From the human T2T-CHM13v2.0 reference genome, Homo sapiens, in NCBI RefSeq assembly GCF_009914755.1, contig NC_060931.1: DNA of 64,000 nucleotides; one strand, written 5' to 3'. Below the pieces are notes generated by a model, which was not told the DNA's origin, searched no databases, and saw only the letters and a list, made by a program, of their open reading frames with translations. Numbering within the stretch: the stretch's first letter is position 1; each line of letters starts with the position of its first letter. This document shows positions 38,801-50,480 of the stretch, in pieces. The position numbers and the translations under genes are program-made.

Positions 38801-40470
38801 TGCAAGTAGATATATGGACCGATTTGAGGCCTTCGTTGGAAACGGGATTTCTTCATTTATTGCTAGACAGAAGAATTCTCAGTAACTTCTTTGTATTGTG
38901 TGTATTCAACTCACAGAGTGGAACGTCCCTTTAGACAGAGCAGATTTGAAACACTCTTTTTGTGGAATTTGCAAGTGGAGATTTCAAGCCATTTGATGCC
39001 AACAGTAGAAAAGGAAATATCTTCAAATAAAAGCTAGAGAGGATCATTCTCAGAAACTACTTTGTGAAGTATGCCTTCAACTCACAGAGTTTAACCTTTC
39101 TTTTCTTAGAGCAGTTTAGAAACACTCTGCTTGTTATGTCTGCAAGTGGATATTTGGACCTCTTTGAGGCCTTCGTTGCAAACGGGATTTCTTCATTTAA
39201 TGCTAGACTAATTCGAGTTCTCAGTAACTTTTTTGTGTTGTGTGTATTCAACTCACAGGGTTGAACCTTGCTTTAGAGAGAGCAGATTTGAAACACTCTT
39301 GCTGTGGTATTTTCAGTTGGAGATTTCAAGCGATTTGAGGACAATTGCAGAAAAGGAAATGTCTTCGTATAAAAACCAGACAGAATCATTCTCCGAAAGT
39401 GCTTTGTGATGTGTGCGTTCAACTCACAGAGTTTAACCTTTCTTTTCATAGAGGAGTTTGGAAACACACTGTTTGTAAAGTCTGCAAGTGGATATTTGTA
39501 CCTGTTTGGGGCCTTCGTTGGAAACGGGATTTTATCATATAATACTAGACGGAAGAATTCTCAGTAAATTCTTTGTGTTGTGTGCATTGAACTCACAGAG
39601 TGGAACGTCCCTTTAGACTGAGCAGATTTGAAACACTCTTTTTGTGGAATTTGCAAGTGGAGATTTCAAGCGATTTGATGCCAACAGTAGAAAAGGAAAT
39701 ATCTTCAAATAAAAACTAGACAGAATCATTCTCAGAAAATTCTTTGTGATGTGTGCATTCAACTCACATCCTTTAACCTTTCTTTTCATAAAGCAGTTTG
39801 GAAACACTCTGTTTGTAAATTCTGCAAGTGGATATATGGACCGCTTTGAGGCCTTCTTTGGAAAAGGGATTTCTTCATTTAATGCTAGACAGAAGAATTC
39901 TCATTAACTTCTTTCTGTTGTGTGTATTCAACTCACAGAGTGAAACGTCCCTTTAGACAGAGCAGATTTGAAACACTCTTTTTGTGGAATTTGCAAGTGG
40001 ATTTTTCAAGCAATTTGATGCCAACAGTAGAAAAGGAAATATCTTCAAATAAAAACTAGACAGAATCATTCTCAGAAACTACTTTGTGATGTGTGCCTTC
40101 AACTCACAGAGCTTAACCTTTCTTTTCTCAGAGCAGTTTAGAAACATTCTGCTTGAAATGTCTGCAAGTGGATATTTGGACCTCTTTGAGGCCTTCGTTG
40201 CAAACGGTATTTCTTCATTTATGCTAGACAGAAGAGTTCTTAGTAACTTGTTTGTGTTGTGTGTATTCAGCTCACAGAGTTGAACCTTGCTTTACAGACA
40301 GCAGATTTCAGACTCTCTTGCTGTGGAATTTTCAGGTGGAGATTTCAAGCGATTTGAGGGCAATTGCAGAAAAGGAAATATCTTAGTGTAAAAACCAGAC
40401 AGAATCATTCTCAGAAAGTGCTTTGTGATGTGTGCGTTCAACTCACAGAGTTTAACCTTTCTTTTGAGAG
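29900..40470 (+). repeat. Degenerating edge zone of the SF1 HOR array
   Basis: Same X/Y/Z dimers but with many more private substitutions, small indels and broken CENP-B boxes (e.g. 30200-30340, 36660-37150, 38040-38420, 39760-40400). Confidence 0.85.
30530..34480 (+). repeat. Direct duplication of a ~1.55-kb block at offset 2,381 bp (~30530-32090 and ~32910-34480)
   Basis: Shared private variants: gtagaacagg, ctttaaat, cttcttatatc, catactc, ttcgttgggaac, gcgaaatttgg, tcacgtag, gctagcggaag, gccagcag. ORF pairs 31110/33491, 31450/33831, 31665/34046. Confidence 0.9.
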
Positions 40471-43400
40471 AGGAGTTTTGCAACACTCTGTTTGTAATAT
40501 CTGCAAGTGGATATTTGAACCTCTTTGAATCCTTCGTTGGAAACGGGATTTCTTCATGTAAATCTAGACAGAAGAATTCTGAGAAACTTCTTTCTGATGT
40601 TTTCATTCAACTCACAGGGTTGAACATTCCCTTCGATAGAGCAGTTTTGAAACACTCTTTTTGTAGAATTTCCAAGGGCATATTTAGAGTGCTTTCAGGC
40701 CTGTGGTAGAAAACGAAATATCTTCATATAAAACCTATATAAGATCATTCTCAGAAACCTCTTTGTGATATGTGGGTTCAAGTCACAGAGTTTGACCTTT
40801 CTTTTGACAGAGCAGTTTTGTAACACTCTTTTTGAAGAATATGCAAGTGGATATTTTAAGCGCTTTGAGTCCAATAGTTGAAAAGGAAATATCTTCATAT
40901 AAAAACTAGGCAGTATCATTCTCAGAAACTACTTTGTGATGTATGCGTTGGCCTCACAGAGTTTAACCTTTCTTTTGATAGAGCAGTTTTGGAACACTCT
41001 GTTTGTAACGGCTGCAAGTGAATATTTGGAACTATTGAGGCCTTCGTTGGAAACGGGATTTCTTCATATAAAGCTAGACATAAGAATTCTCAGAAACTCC
41101 TTTGTGATGTGGGTATTCAACTCACAGAGTTGAACATTCCTTTTGATATATCAGTTTTAAAACACTCTTTTTGTAGAATATGCAAGTTGATATTTAAAGC
41201 GCTTTGAAGCCTATAGTAGAAAAGGAAATATCTTAATACAAAACTAGACGGAACCATTATCAGACACTACTTTGTGATGTTTGGGTTCAAATCACAGAGT
41301 TTAACTTTTCTTTTTATAGAGCAGTTTTGAAACACTTTGTGAATTCTGCAGGTGGATATTAGGACCTCTTTGAGGCCTTCGTTGGAAGCGGGACTTCTTC
41401 ATATAAAACTAGACAGAAGAATTCTCAGAAACTTCTTTGGAATGTGTGCATTCAACCCACAGAGATGAACCTTCCTTTGGATAGAACAGTTTGGAAACAC
41501 TCTTTTTGTAGATTTTCCAAGAGCATATTTAGAGTGCTTTGAAGCCTTTGGTAGAAAACGAAATATCTGCATACAAAAACTAGACACAATCAATCTGAGA
41601 AACCACTCTGTGATGTGTGCATTCAGCACACAGAGTTTAACCTTTCCTTTGATAGAGCAGTTTGGAAACGCTCTTTTTGTAGAATTTGGAAGTGTGTATT
41701 TAGAGGGCTTTGGGGCCTATGGTAGAGAAGAAAATATCTTCACATGAAATCTAGACAGAAGCATTCTCAGAAACTTCTTTGTGGCGTTTGCATTCAAGTC
41801 ACAGAGTTCAACATTCCTTTTGATAGAGCAGTTTTGAAACACTCTTTTTGTAGAATCTGCAAGTGGATATTTGGACCTCTTTGTGCCCTTCGTTGGAAAC
41901 GGGATTAGTTCATACAAAACTAGACAGAAGAATTCTCAGAAACTCCTTTGTGATGTGTGCATTCAGCTCACAGAGTTGAAATTTCCTTTTGACAGAGCAG
42001 TTTTGAAACACTCTTTTTGTAGGATTTGCAAGTGGATATTTCAAGTGCTTTGAGGCCTATGGTAGAAAAGGATATATCTTCATATAAAAACTGGACAGAA
42101 TCATTCTCAAAAACTACTTTGTGATGAGTGCATTGGCCTCACAGAGTTTAAGCTTTCTTTTGATAGAGCAGTTTTGAAACACTCTGTTTGTCATGTCTGC
42201 AAGTGGATATTTTGACCTCTTTAAGGCCTTCGTTGGAAATGGGATTTCTTCATTTAACTCTAGACAGAAGAGTTCTGAGAAACTCCTTTGTGATTTGGGC
42301 ATTCATCTCACAGTGTTGAACCTTCCTTTTGATAGAGCAGTTCTGAAACACTCTTTTTGTAGAATTTCCAAGGGCATATTTAGAGTGTTTTGAAGCCTAT
42401 GTTAGAAAAAGAAATATCTTCATATAAAAACTAGACACAATCATTCACAGAAAACTCTTTGTGATGTGTGGGTTCAACTCACAGAGTTTAACGTTTCTTG
42501 TGACCGAGCAGTTTTCTAACAGTCTTTTTGTAGAATATGCAAGTGGATATTTAAAGCGCTTTGAGGCCTCAGTAGAAAAAGAAATATCTTCATATAAAAA
42601 CTAGGCAAAATCGTTCTCAGAAACTACTTGTGATGTGGGCATTCAACTCACAGAGTTTAACCTTTCTTTTGATAGAGCAGTTTTGAAACACTCTGTTTGT
42701 AAAGTCTGCAAGTGGATATTTGGACCTCTTTGAGGCCTTCGTTGGAAACGGGATTTCTTCATATAAAACTAGAAGGAAGAATTCTCAGAAACTACTTTGT
42801 GATGTGTGTATTCAACTCACAGAGTTGAACATTCCTTTCGATAGGTCAGTTTTGAAACACTCTCTTTGTAGAATATGCAAGTTGATATTTAAAGCACTTT
42901 GAGGCCTATAGGAGAAATGGAAATATCTTCATATAAAAACTAGACAGACCCATTCTCAGAAACTACTTTGTGATGTGTGCGTTCAACTCACAGAGATTAA
43001 CTTTTCTTTTTATAGAGCAGTTTTGAAACACTCTGTTAATTCTGCAAGTGGATATTAGGACCTCTTTGAGGTCTTCTTTGGTAATGGGACTTCTTCATAT
43101 AAAAGTAGACAGAAGAATTCTGAGAAACGTCTTTGGGATGTGTGCATTCAACTCGCAGAGTTGAACATTCTTTTCGATAGAACAGTTTGGAAACACCCTT
43201 TTGTAGAATTTCCAAGAGCATATTTAGAGTGTTTTGAAGACTTTGGTAGAAAACGAAATATCTTCATATAAAAACTAGACACAATCATTCTCAGAAACAA
43301 GTTTGTGATGTGTGCGTTCAACACACAGAGTTTTATCTTTCCTTATATAGAGCAGTTTGGAAACGCTCTTTTTGTAGAATTTGGAAGTGTGTATTTAGAG

Positions 43401-46400
43401 GGCTTTGGGGCCTATGGTAGAAAAGGAAATATCTTCACATGAAATCTAGACAGAAGCATTCTCAGAAACTTCTTTGTGGCGTTTGCATTCAAGTCACAGA
43501 GTTCAACATTCCTTTTGATAGAGCAGTTTTGAAACACTCTTTTTGTAGAATCTGCAAGTGGATATTTGGACCTCTTTGAGCCCTTCGTTGGAAACGGGAT
43601 TTCTTCATTCAAAACTAGACAGAAGAATTCTCAGAAACTCCTTTGTGATGTGTGCATTCAGCCCACAGAGTTGAAAGTTCCTTTTGACAGAGCAGTTTTG
43701 AAACACTCTTTTTGTAGGATTTGCAAGTGAATATTTCAAGCGCTTTGAGGTTTATTGTAGAAAAGGAAATATCTTCGTATAAAAACTAGACAGAATCATT
43801 CTCAGAATCTACATTGTGATGTGTGCGTTTTCCTCACAGAGTTTAAGCTTTCTTTTGATAGAGCAGTTTTGAACCACTCTTTTTGTAGAATCTGCAAGTG
43901 GATATTTAGACCTCTTTGAGGCCTTCGTTGGAAATGGGATTTCTTCATATAAAACTAGACAGAAGAATTCTCAGAAACTCCTTTGTGATGTGTGCATTCA
44001 GCTCAGAGAGTTGAAACTTCCTTTTGTCAGAGCAGTTTTGAACCAGTCTTTTTGTAGGATTTGCAAGTGGATAGTTAAAGCGCTTTGAGGCCTATGGTCG
44101 AAAAAGATAAATCTTCCCATAAAAACTAGACGGAATCATTATCAGAAACTACTTTGTGATGTGTGCTTTGAATTCACAGAGTTTAAACTTTCTTTTGATA
44201 GAGCAGTTTGGAAACACTCTGTTTTTAATGTTTGCAAGTGGATATTTTGACCTCTTTAAGGCCTTCGTTGGAAACGGGCTTTCTTCATATAAATCTAGAC
44301 AGAAGAATTCACAGAAACTTCTTTGTGATGTGAGCATTCAACTCACAGAGTTGAACCTTCCTTTCGATAGCTCAGTTTTGAAACACTCTTTTTGGAGAAT
44401 TTCCAAGGACATATTTGGAGTGCTTTTAGGCCTATGGTAGAAAACGAAATATCTTCATTTAAAAACTAGGCAGAATCATTCTCAGAAACTACTTTATGAT
44501 GTGTGCATTCAACTCACAGAGTTTAACCTTTCTTTTGATAGAGCAGTTTTGAAACACTCTGTGTGTAATGTCTGCAAGGGGATATTTGGACCTCTTTGAG
44601 GCCTTAGTTGGAAACGGGATTTCTTCATATAAAACTAAACAGAAGAATTCTGAGAAACTTCTTTGTGATGAGTACGTTCAACTCACAGTGTTGAACCCTC
44701 CTTTTGATAGAGCAGTTTTGAATCACTCTTTTTGTAGAATTTCCAAGTGCATATTTAGAATGCTTTGAAGCCTATAGTAGAAAACCAAATATCTTCATAT
44801 AAAAACTAGACAGAATCATTCTCAGAAACCAGTTTGTGTTGTGGGCATTCAACTCTCAGAGTTTAACCTTTCTTTTAATAGAGCAGTTTTGAAACACTCG
44901 TTTTCTAGAATATGCAAGTGGATATTTAAAGCGCTTTGAGGCCTACAGTAGAAAAGGAAATACCTTCATATACAAACTACGCAGAATGATTCTCAGAAAC
45001 TAATTTGTGATATGTGCGTTCAGCTCACAGAGTTTAACCTTTCTTTTGACAGAAGAGTTTTGAAACACTCTTTTTGTAGAATTTGCAAGTGTGTATTTAG
45101 AGGGCTTTGTGGCCTATGGTAGCAAAGGAAATATCTTCACTTAAAAACTAGACAGAAGCATTCTCAGAAACTTCTTTGTGATGTTTGGATTCATGTCGCA
45201 GGGTTCAACATTCCTTTTGATAGAGCAGTTTTGAAACACTCTTTTGGTAGAATCTGCAAGTGGATATTTGGACCTCTTTGAAGCCTTCATTGGAAATGGG
45301 AGTTCTACATATAAAACTAGACAGAAGAATTCTCAGAAACTTCTTTGTGATGTGTGCATTCATCTCACAGTGTTGAAACTTCCTTTCAATAGAGCAGTTT
45401 TGAAACACTCTTTTTGTGGGATTTGCAAGTGGATATTTAAAGCGCTTTGAGTCCTATGGTAGAAAAGTGTATATCTTCTTATAAAAACTAGACAGAATCC
45501 TTCTCAGAAACTAGTTTGTGATGTGTGCGTTCACCTCACAGAGTTTAACCTTTCTTTTGATAGAGCAGTTTTGAAACACTCTGTTTGTAATGTCTGCAAG
45601 GGGATATTTAGACCTCTTTGAAGCCTTCATTGGAAACGGGATTTCTTCATGTAAATCTACACAGAATAATTCTGAGAAACTTCTTTCTGATGTGTTCATT
45701 CAACTCACAGGGTTGAACATTCCCTTCAATAGAGCAGTTTTGAAACACTCTTTTTGTAGAATTTCCAAGGGCATATTTAGAGTGCTTTCAGACCTGTGGT
45801 AGAAAACGAAATATCTTCATATAAAAACTACACAGGATCATTCTCAGAAACCTCTTTGTGATATGTGGGTTGGAGTCACAGAGTTTAACCTTTCTTTTGA
45901 CAGAGCAGTTTTGAAACACTCTTTTTGTAGTATATGCAAGTGGACATTTTAAGCGCTTTGAGGCCTATAGTTGAAAAGGAAATATCTTCATATAAAAACT
46001 AGGCAGTATCATTCTCAGAAACTACTTTGTGATGTGGACGTTCAACTCACAGAGTTTAACCTTTCTTTTGATAGAGCAGTTTTGAAACACTCTGTTTGTA
46101 AAGTCTGCAAGTGGATAGTTGGATCTCTTTGAGGCCTTCGTTGGAAACGGGATTTCTTCATATAAAGCTAGACTGAAGAATTCTGAGAAACTCCTTTGTG
46201 ATGTGGGTATTCAACTCACAGAGTTGAACATTCCTTTCGATAGACCAGTTTTAAAACACTCTTTTTGTAGAATATGCCTGTCGATATTTAAAGCACTTTG
46301 AGGCCTATGTTCAAAAAGAATAAATCTTCGTATAAATACTAGACAGAATCATTCTCAGAAACTACTTTGTGATGTGTGCGTTCAATTCACAGAGTTTACG

Positions 46401-49400
46401 CTTTCTTTTGATGGAGCAGTTTTGAAACACTCTGTTTGTTGATTCTGCAAGTGGATATTTTGACCTCTTCAAGGCCTTCGTTGGAAACGGGCATTTTTTG
46501 TATAAACCTAGACAGAAGAATTCTCAGAAATTTCTTTGTGATGTGAACATTCAACTCACAGAGTTGCACCTTCCTCTCGATAGAACAGTTTTGAAACACT
46601 CTTTTTGTAGAATTTCCAAGAGCATATTTAGAGTGCTTTGAAGCCTTTGGTAGAAAACGAAGTATCTTCATATAAAATCTATACAGAATCATTCTAAGAA
46701 AGCACTTTGTGATGTGTGCATTCAGCACACAGAGTTTAACATTTCCTTTGATAGAGCAGTTTTGTGACGCTCTTTTTGCAGAGTTTGGAAGTGTGTATTT
46801 AGAGGGCTTTGGGGCCTATGGTAGAAAAGGAAATATCTTCACATGAAATCTAGACAAAAGCATTCTCAGAAACTTCTTTTGGCGTTTGCATTCAAGTCAC
46901 AGAGTTCAACATTCCTTTTGATAGAGCAGTTTTGCAACACTCTTTTTGTAGAATCTGCAAGTGGATATTTGGACTTCTTTGAGCCCTTCGTTGGAAACGG
47001 GATTTCCTCATACAAAAACAGACAGAAGAATTCTCAGAAACTCCTGTGTGATGTGTGCATTCAGCTCACAGAGTTGAAAGTTCCTTTTGACAGAGCAGTT
47101 TTGAAACACTCTTTTTGTTGGATTTGCAAGTGGATATTTCAAGTGCTTTGAGGCCTATGGTAGAAAAGGATATATCTTTGTATAAAAACTAGACATAATC
47201 ATTCTCAGAAACTACTGTGTGATGTGTGCGTTGGCCTCACAGAGTTTAAGCTTTCTTATGATAGAGCAGTTTTGAAACACTCTGTTTGTCATGTCTGCAA
47301 GTGGATATTTTGACCTCTTTAAGACCTTCGCTGGAAACGGGATTTCTTCATTTAACTCTAGGCAGAAGAGTTCTGAGAAACTCCTTTGTGATGTGTGCAT
47401 TCATCCCACAGAGCTGAACCTTCCTTTCAATAGAGCAGTTTTGAAACACTCTTTTTGTAGAATTTCCAAGGGCATATTTATAGTGTTTGGAAGCCTATTG
47501 TAGAAAATGAAATATCTTCATATAAAAACTAGACACAATCATTCTCAGAAACCTCTTTGTGATGTGTGGGTTCTACTCACAGAGTTTAACGTTTCTTGTG
47601 ACTGAGCATTTTTGAAACAGTCTTTGTGTAGAATATGCGAGTGATATCTAAAGTGCTTAGAGGCCTCTAGTAGAAAAAGGAATATCTTCATATAAAACTA
47701 GGCACAATCGTTCTCAGAAACTGCTTGTTATGTGGGTATTCAACTCACAGAGTTTAACATTTCTTTTGATAGAGCAGTTTTGAAACACTCAGTTTGTATA
47801 GTGTGCTAGTGGATATTTGGACCTCTAAGAGTCCTTCATTGGAAACGGGATTTCTTCATATAAATCTAGACAGAAGAATTATGAGAAACTTCTTTGTGAT
47901 GTGTGCATTCAACTCACAGAGTTGAACCTTCCTTTCAATAGAGCAGTTTTGAAACACTTTTTTTGTAGAATTTCCAAGTGCATATTTAGAGTGGTTTGAA
48001 GCCTATGGTAGAAAATGAAATATATTCATATAAAAACTTGACAGAATAATTCTCAGAAACCACTTTGTGATGTGTGGGTTCAACTCACAGAGTTTATCCT
48101 TTCTTTTGACAGAGCAGTGTTGAAAAACTCTTTTTGTAGTATATGCAAGTGGAAATTTAAAGTGCTTTGAGGCCTACAGTAGAAAAGGAAATATCTTCAT
48201 ATAAAAACTGGGCAGAAATATTCTCAGAAACTACTTTGTGATGTGTGCATTCAAATCACAGTGTTTAACCTCTCTTTTGATACAGCAGTTTTGTTACACT
48301 CTGTTTGTGAAGACTGCAAGTAGATATTTGGACCTCTTTGAGGCCTTCGTTGGAAACGGGAATATCTTAGCATACAAACTGGATAGAAGAATTCTCAGAA
48401 TCTTTTTGCAATGGGTACATTCAACTCACAGAGTTGAGCCTTCCTTTTGATAGAGCGCTTTTGAAACACTCTGCTTATGGAATTTCCAAGTGGAGAATTA
48501 GTGCGCTTTGAACCCTATGATACAAAAGGAAATATCTTCACATAAAAACTGGACAGAATCATTCTCAGAAACTACTTTATGATGTGTACGTTCAACTCAC
48601 AGGGTTTAACCTGTCTTCTGATAGAGCAGTTCTGAAACACTTTTGTGTAGAATTTACAAGTGTGTATTTGGAGGCCTTTGGGGCCTATGGTAGAAAAGGA
48701 AATATCTTCATATAAAAGCTAGACAGAAGCATTCTCAGAAACTTCTTTGTGATATTTGCGTTCAACTCACAGAGTTGAACATTTCCCTTGATAGAGCAGA
48801 TTTGAAACACTCTTTTTGTAGAATCTGCAAGTGGATATTTGGACCTCTTTGAGGCCGTCGTTGGAAACCGGATTTCTTCATATAAAACTAGACAGAAGAA
48901 TTCTGAAAAACTTCTTTTTGAAGTGTGTATTCAACTCACAGAGTTGAACCTTCCTTTCAATTGAGCAGTTTTGATACACTCTTTATGCAGTGTGTCCAAG
49001 TTAATATTGACAGGGCTTGGAGGCCTACATTAGAAAAGGAAATCTCTTCATATAAAAACTAAACAGAATCATTCTCAGAAACTAGTTTGTGATGTGTGCG
49101 TTCATCTCACAGATTTTAACCTTTCTTTTGATAGAGCAGTTTTGAAACACTCTGTTTGTAAATCTGCAAGTGAATATTTGGAGTGCTTTGAGGCCTTCTT
49201 TGGAAACTTTAATATCTTCACATAAAAAGTAGACAGAAGTATTCTCAGAAACTTCTTTATGACGTCTGCACTCAACTCACAGAATTGAACCTTCCTTTTG
49301 ATAGAGCAGTTTTGAAACACTGTTTTTGTAGATTTTGCAAGTGTGTATTCAGTGGGCTTAGAGGCCTACGGTAGAAAATGAAGTATCTTCACAAAAAAAG

Positions 49401-50480
49401 TAGACAGAAACGTTCTCAGAAACTTCTTTGTGATGTTTGCATTTAACTCGCAGATTTCAACATTCCCTTTGATAGAGCAGTTTTGAAACACTGTTTTTGT
49501 AGTATATGCAAGTGGATATTTGGACCTGTTTGTGGCCTTCGTTGGAAACGGGATTTCTTCATGTAAAACTAGACAAAAGAATTCTCAGAAACTTCTTTGT
49601 GATGTTTGTATTCAAGTCACAGAGTTGAACCTTCCTTTAGACAGAGCAGTTTTGAAACACTCTTCTTGTAGAATTTCCAAGTGGATATTTAAGGCGCTTT
49701 GAAGCCTATGGTACAAAAGGAAATATCTTTATATAAAAACTAGACAGAATAATTCTCAGAAACTACTTTCTGATGTGTGCATTCAACTCACAGAGTTTAA
49801 CCTTTCTTTTGATAGAGCGCTTTTGAAACACTCTGTTTGTAAAGTCTGCAAGTGGATATTTGTAGTGCTTTGAGGCCTTCTTTGGAAACGTTAATATCTT
49901 CACATAAAAAGTAGACAGAAGTATTCTCAGAAACTTCTTTATGATGTCTGCACTCAACTCACAGAGTTGAACCTTCCTTTTGATAGAGCAGTTTTGAAAC
50001 ACTCTTTTTGTAGATTTTGCAAGTGTGTATTCAGTGGGCTTAGAGGCTTACGGTAGAAAACGAAATATCTTCACAAAAAAACTTGACAGAAGGGTTCTCA
50101 GAAACTTCTTCGTGACGTATGCATTTAACTCACAGAGTTCAACATTGCCGTTGATACAGCAGTTTTGAAACACTGTTTTTGTAGAATCTGCAAGTGGATA
50201 TGTCGACCTGTTTGTGGCCTTCGTTGGAAATGGGAGTTCTTCATCTAAAACTAGACAGAAGAATTCTCAGAAACTTCTTTGTGATGTGTGTCTTCAACTC
50301 ACAGAGTTGAAACTTACTTTTGACAGAGCAGTTTTGAAACACTCTTTTTGTAGAATTTCCAAGTGGATATTTAAGGCGCTTTGAAGCCTATGGTTCAAAA
50401 GGAAATATCTTTATATAAAAACTAGACAGAATCATTCTCAGAAACTACTTTCCAATGTGTGCATTCAACTCACAGAGTTG
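40470..50480 (+). repeat. Divergent HOR layer (archaic SF1/SF01-like): fossil 10-mer, then a 4-mer duplicate
   Basis: B monomers end in 'cttcgttggaaacgggatttcttcatataaaactagacagaagaattct'. A monomers fall into recurring classes (ttccaag.gcatatttagagtg; atatgcaagt.gatattt.aagc; agtgtgtatttagagggc; ggatttgcaagtg). The marker 'agtgtgtatt' is at 41691, 43386, 45088, 46790, 48659, 49340 and 50022. The family label is an inference. Confidence 0.75.
49120..50480 (+). repeat. Tandem duplication of a 682-bp tetramer
   Basis: 'ccttctttggaaac.ttaatatcttcacataaaaagtagacagaagtattctcagaaacttctttatga.gtctgcactc' at ~49194 and ~49876; 'agtgtgtattcagtgggcttagagg' at 49340 and 50022. Confidence 0.88.

Larger units (their letters stand above)
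1..40470 (+). repeat. D7Z1: SF1 (J1/J2 dimeric) alpha-satellite HOR array, most likely human chr7 D7Z1 (S1C7H1L), basic 6-mer of 1,022 bp
   Basis: 340-bp dimer with EcoRI site (gaagaattctcagtaa) and a CENP-B box site in every second monomer. The marker dimer 'X' (gctagactaagaagagttctc ... gctgtggcattttcaggtgg ... agcgatttgaggacaattgc) recurs with a minimal full spacing of ~1,022 bp (e.g. 8979-10001-11023, 16467-17489). X lacks EcoRI, predicting 340 and ~680-bp fragments. AGCGATTTGAGGACAATTGC (185-204) and GCTGTGGCATTTTCAGGTGG match D7Z1 primer sequences as I recall them; not database-verified. Confidence 0.85.

Noticed and set aside
1-40470. CRISPR-like reading (conserved repeats with intervening segments)
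   Set aside because: The intervening segments are themselves repeated satellite, not unique spacers; there are no cas genes and the sequence is primate.
40470-47900. SF3 (W1-W5) pentameric family
   Set aside because: The pattern here is BAABA (2 B, 3 A) with SF1-like B monomers, whereas SF3 has 3 B and 2 A.
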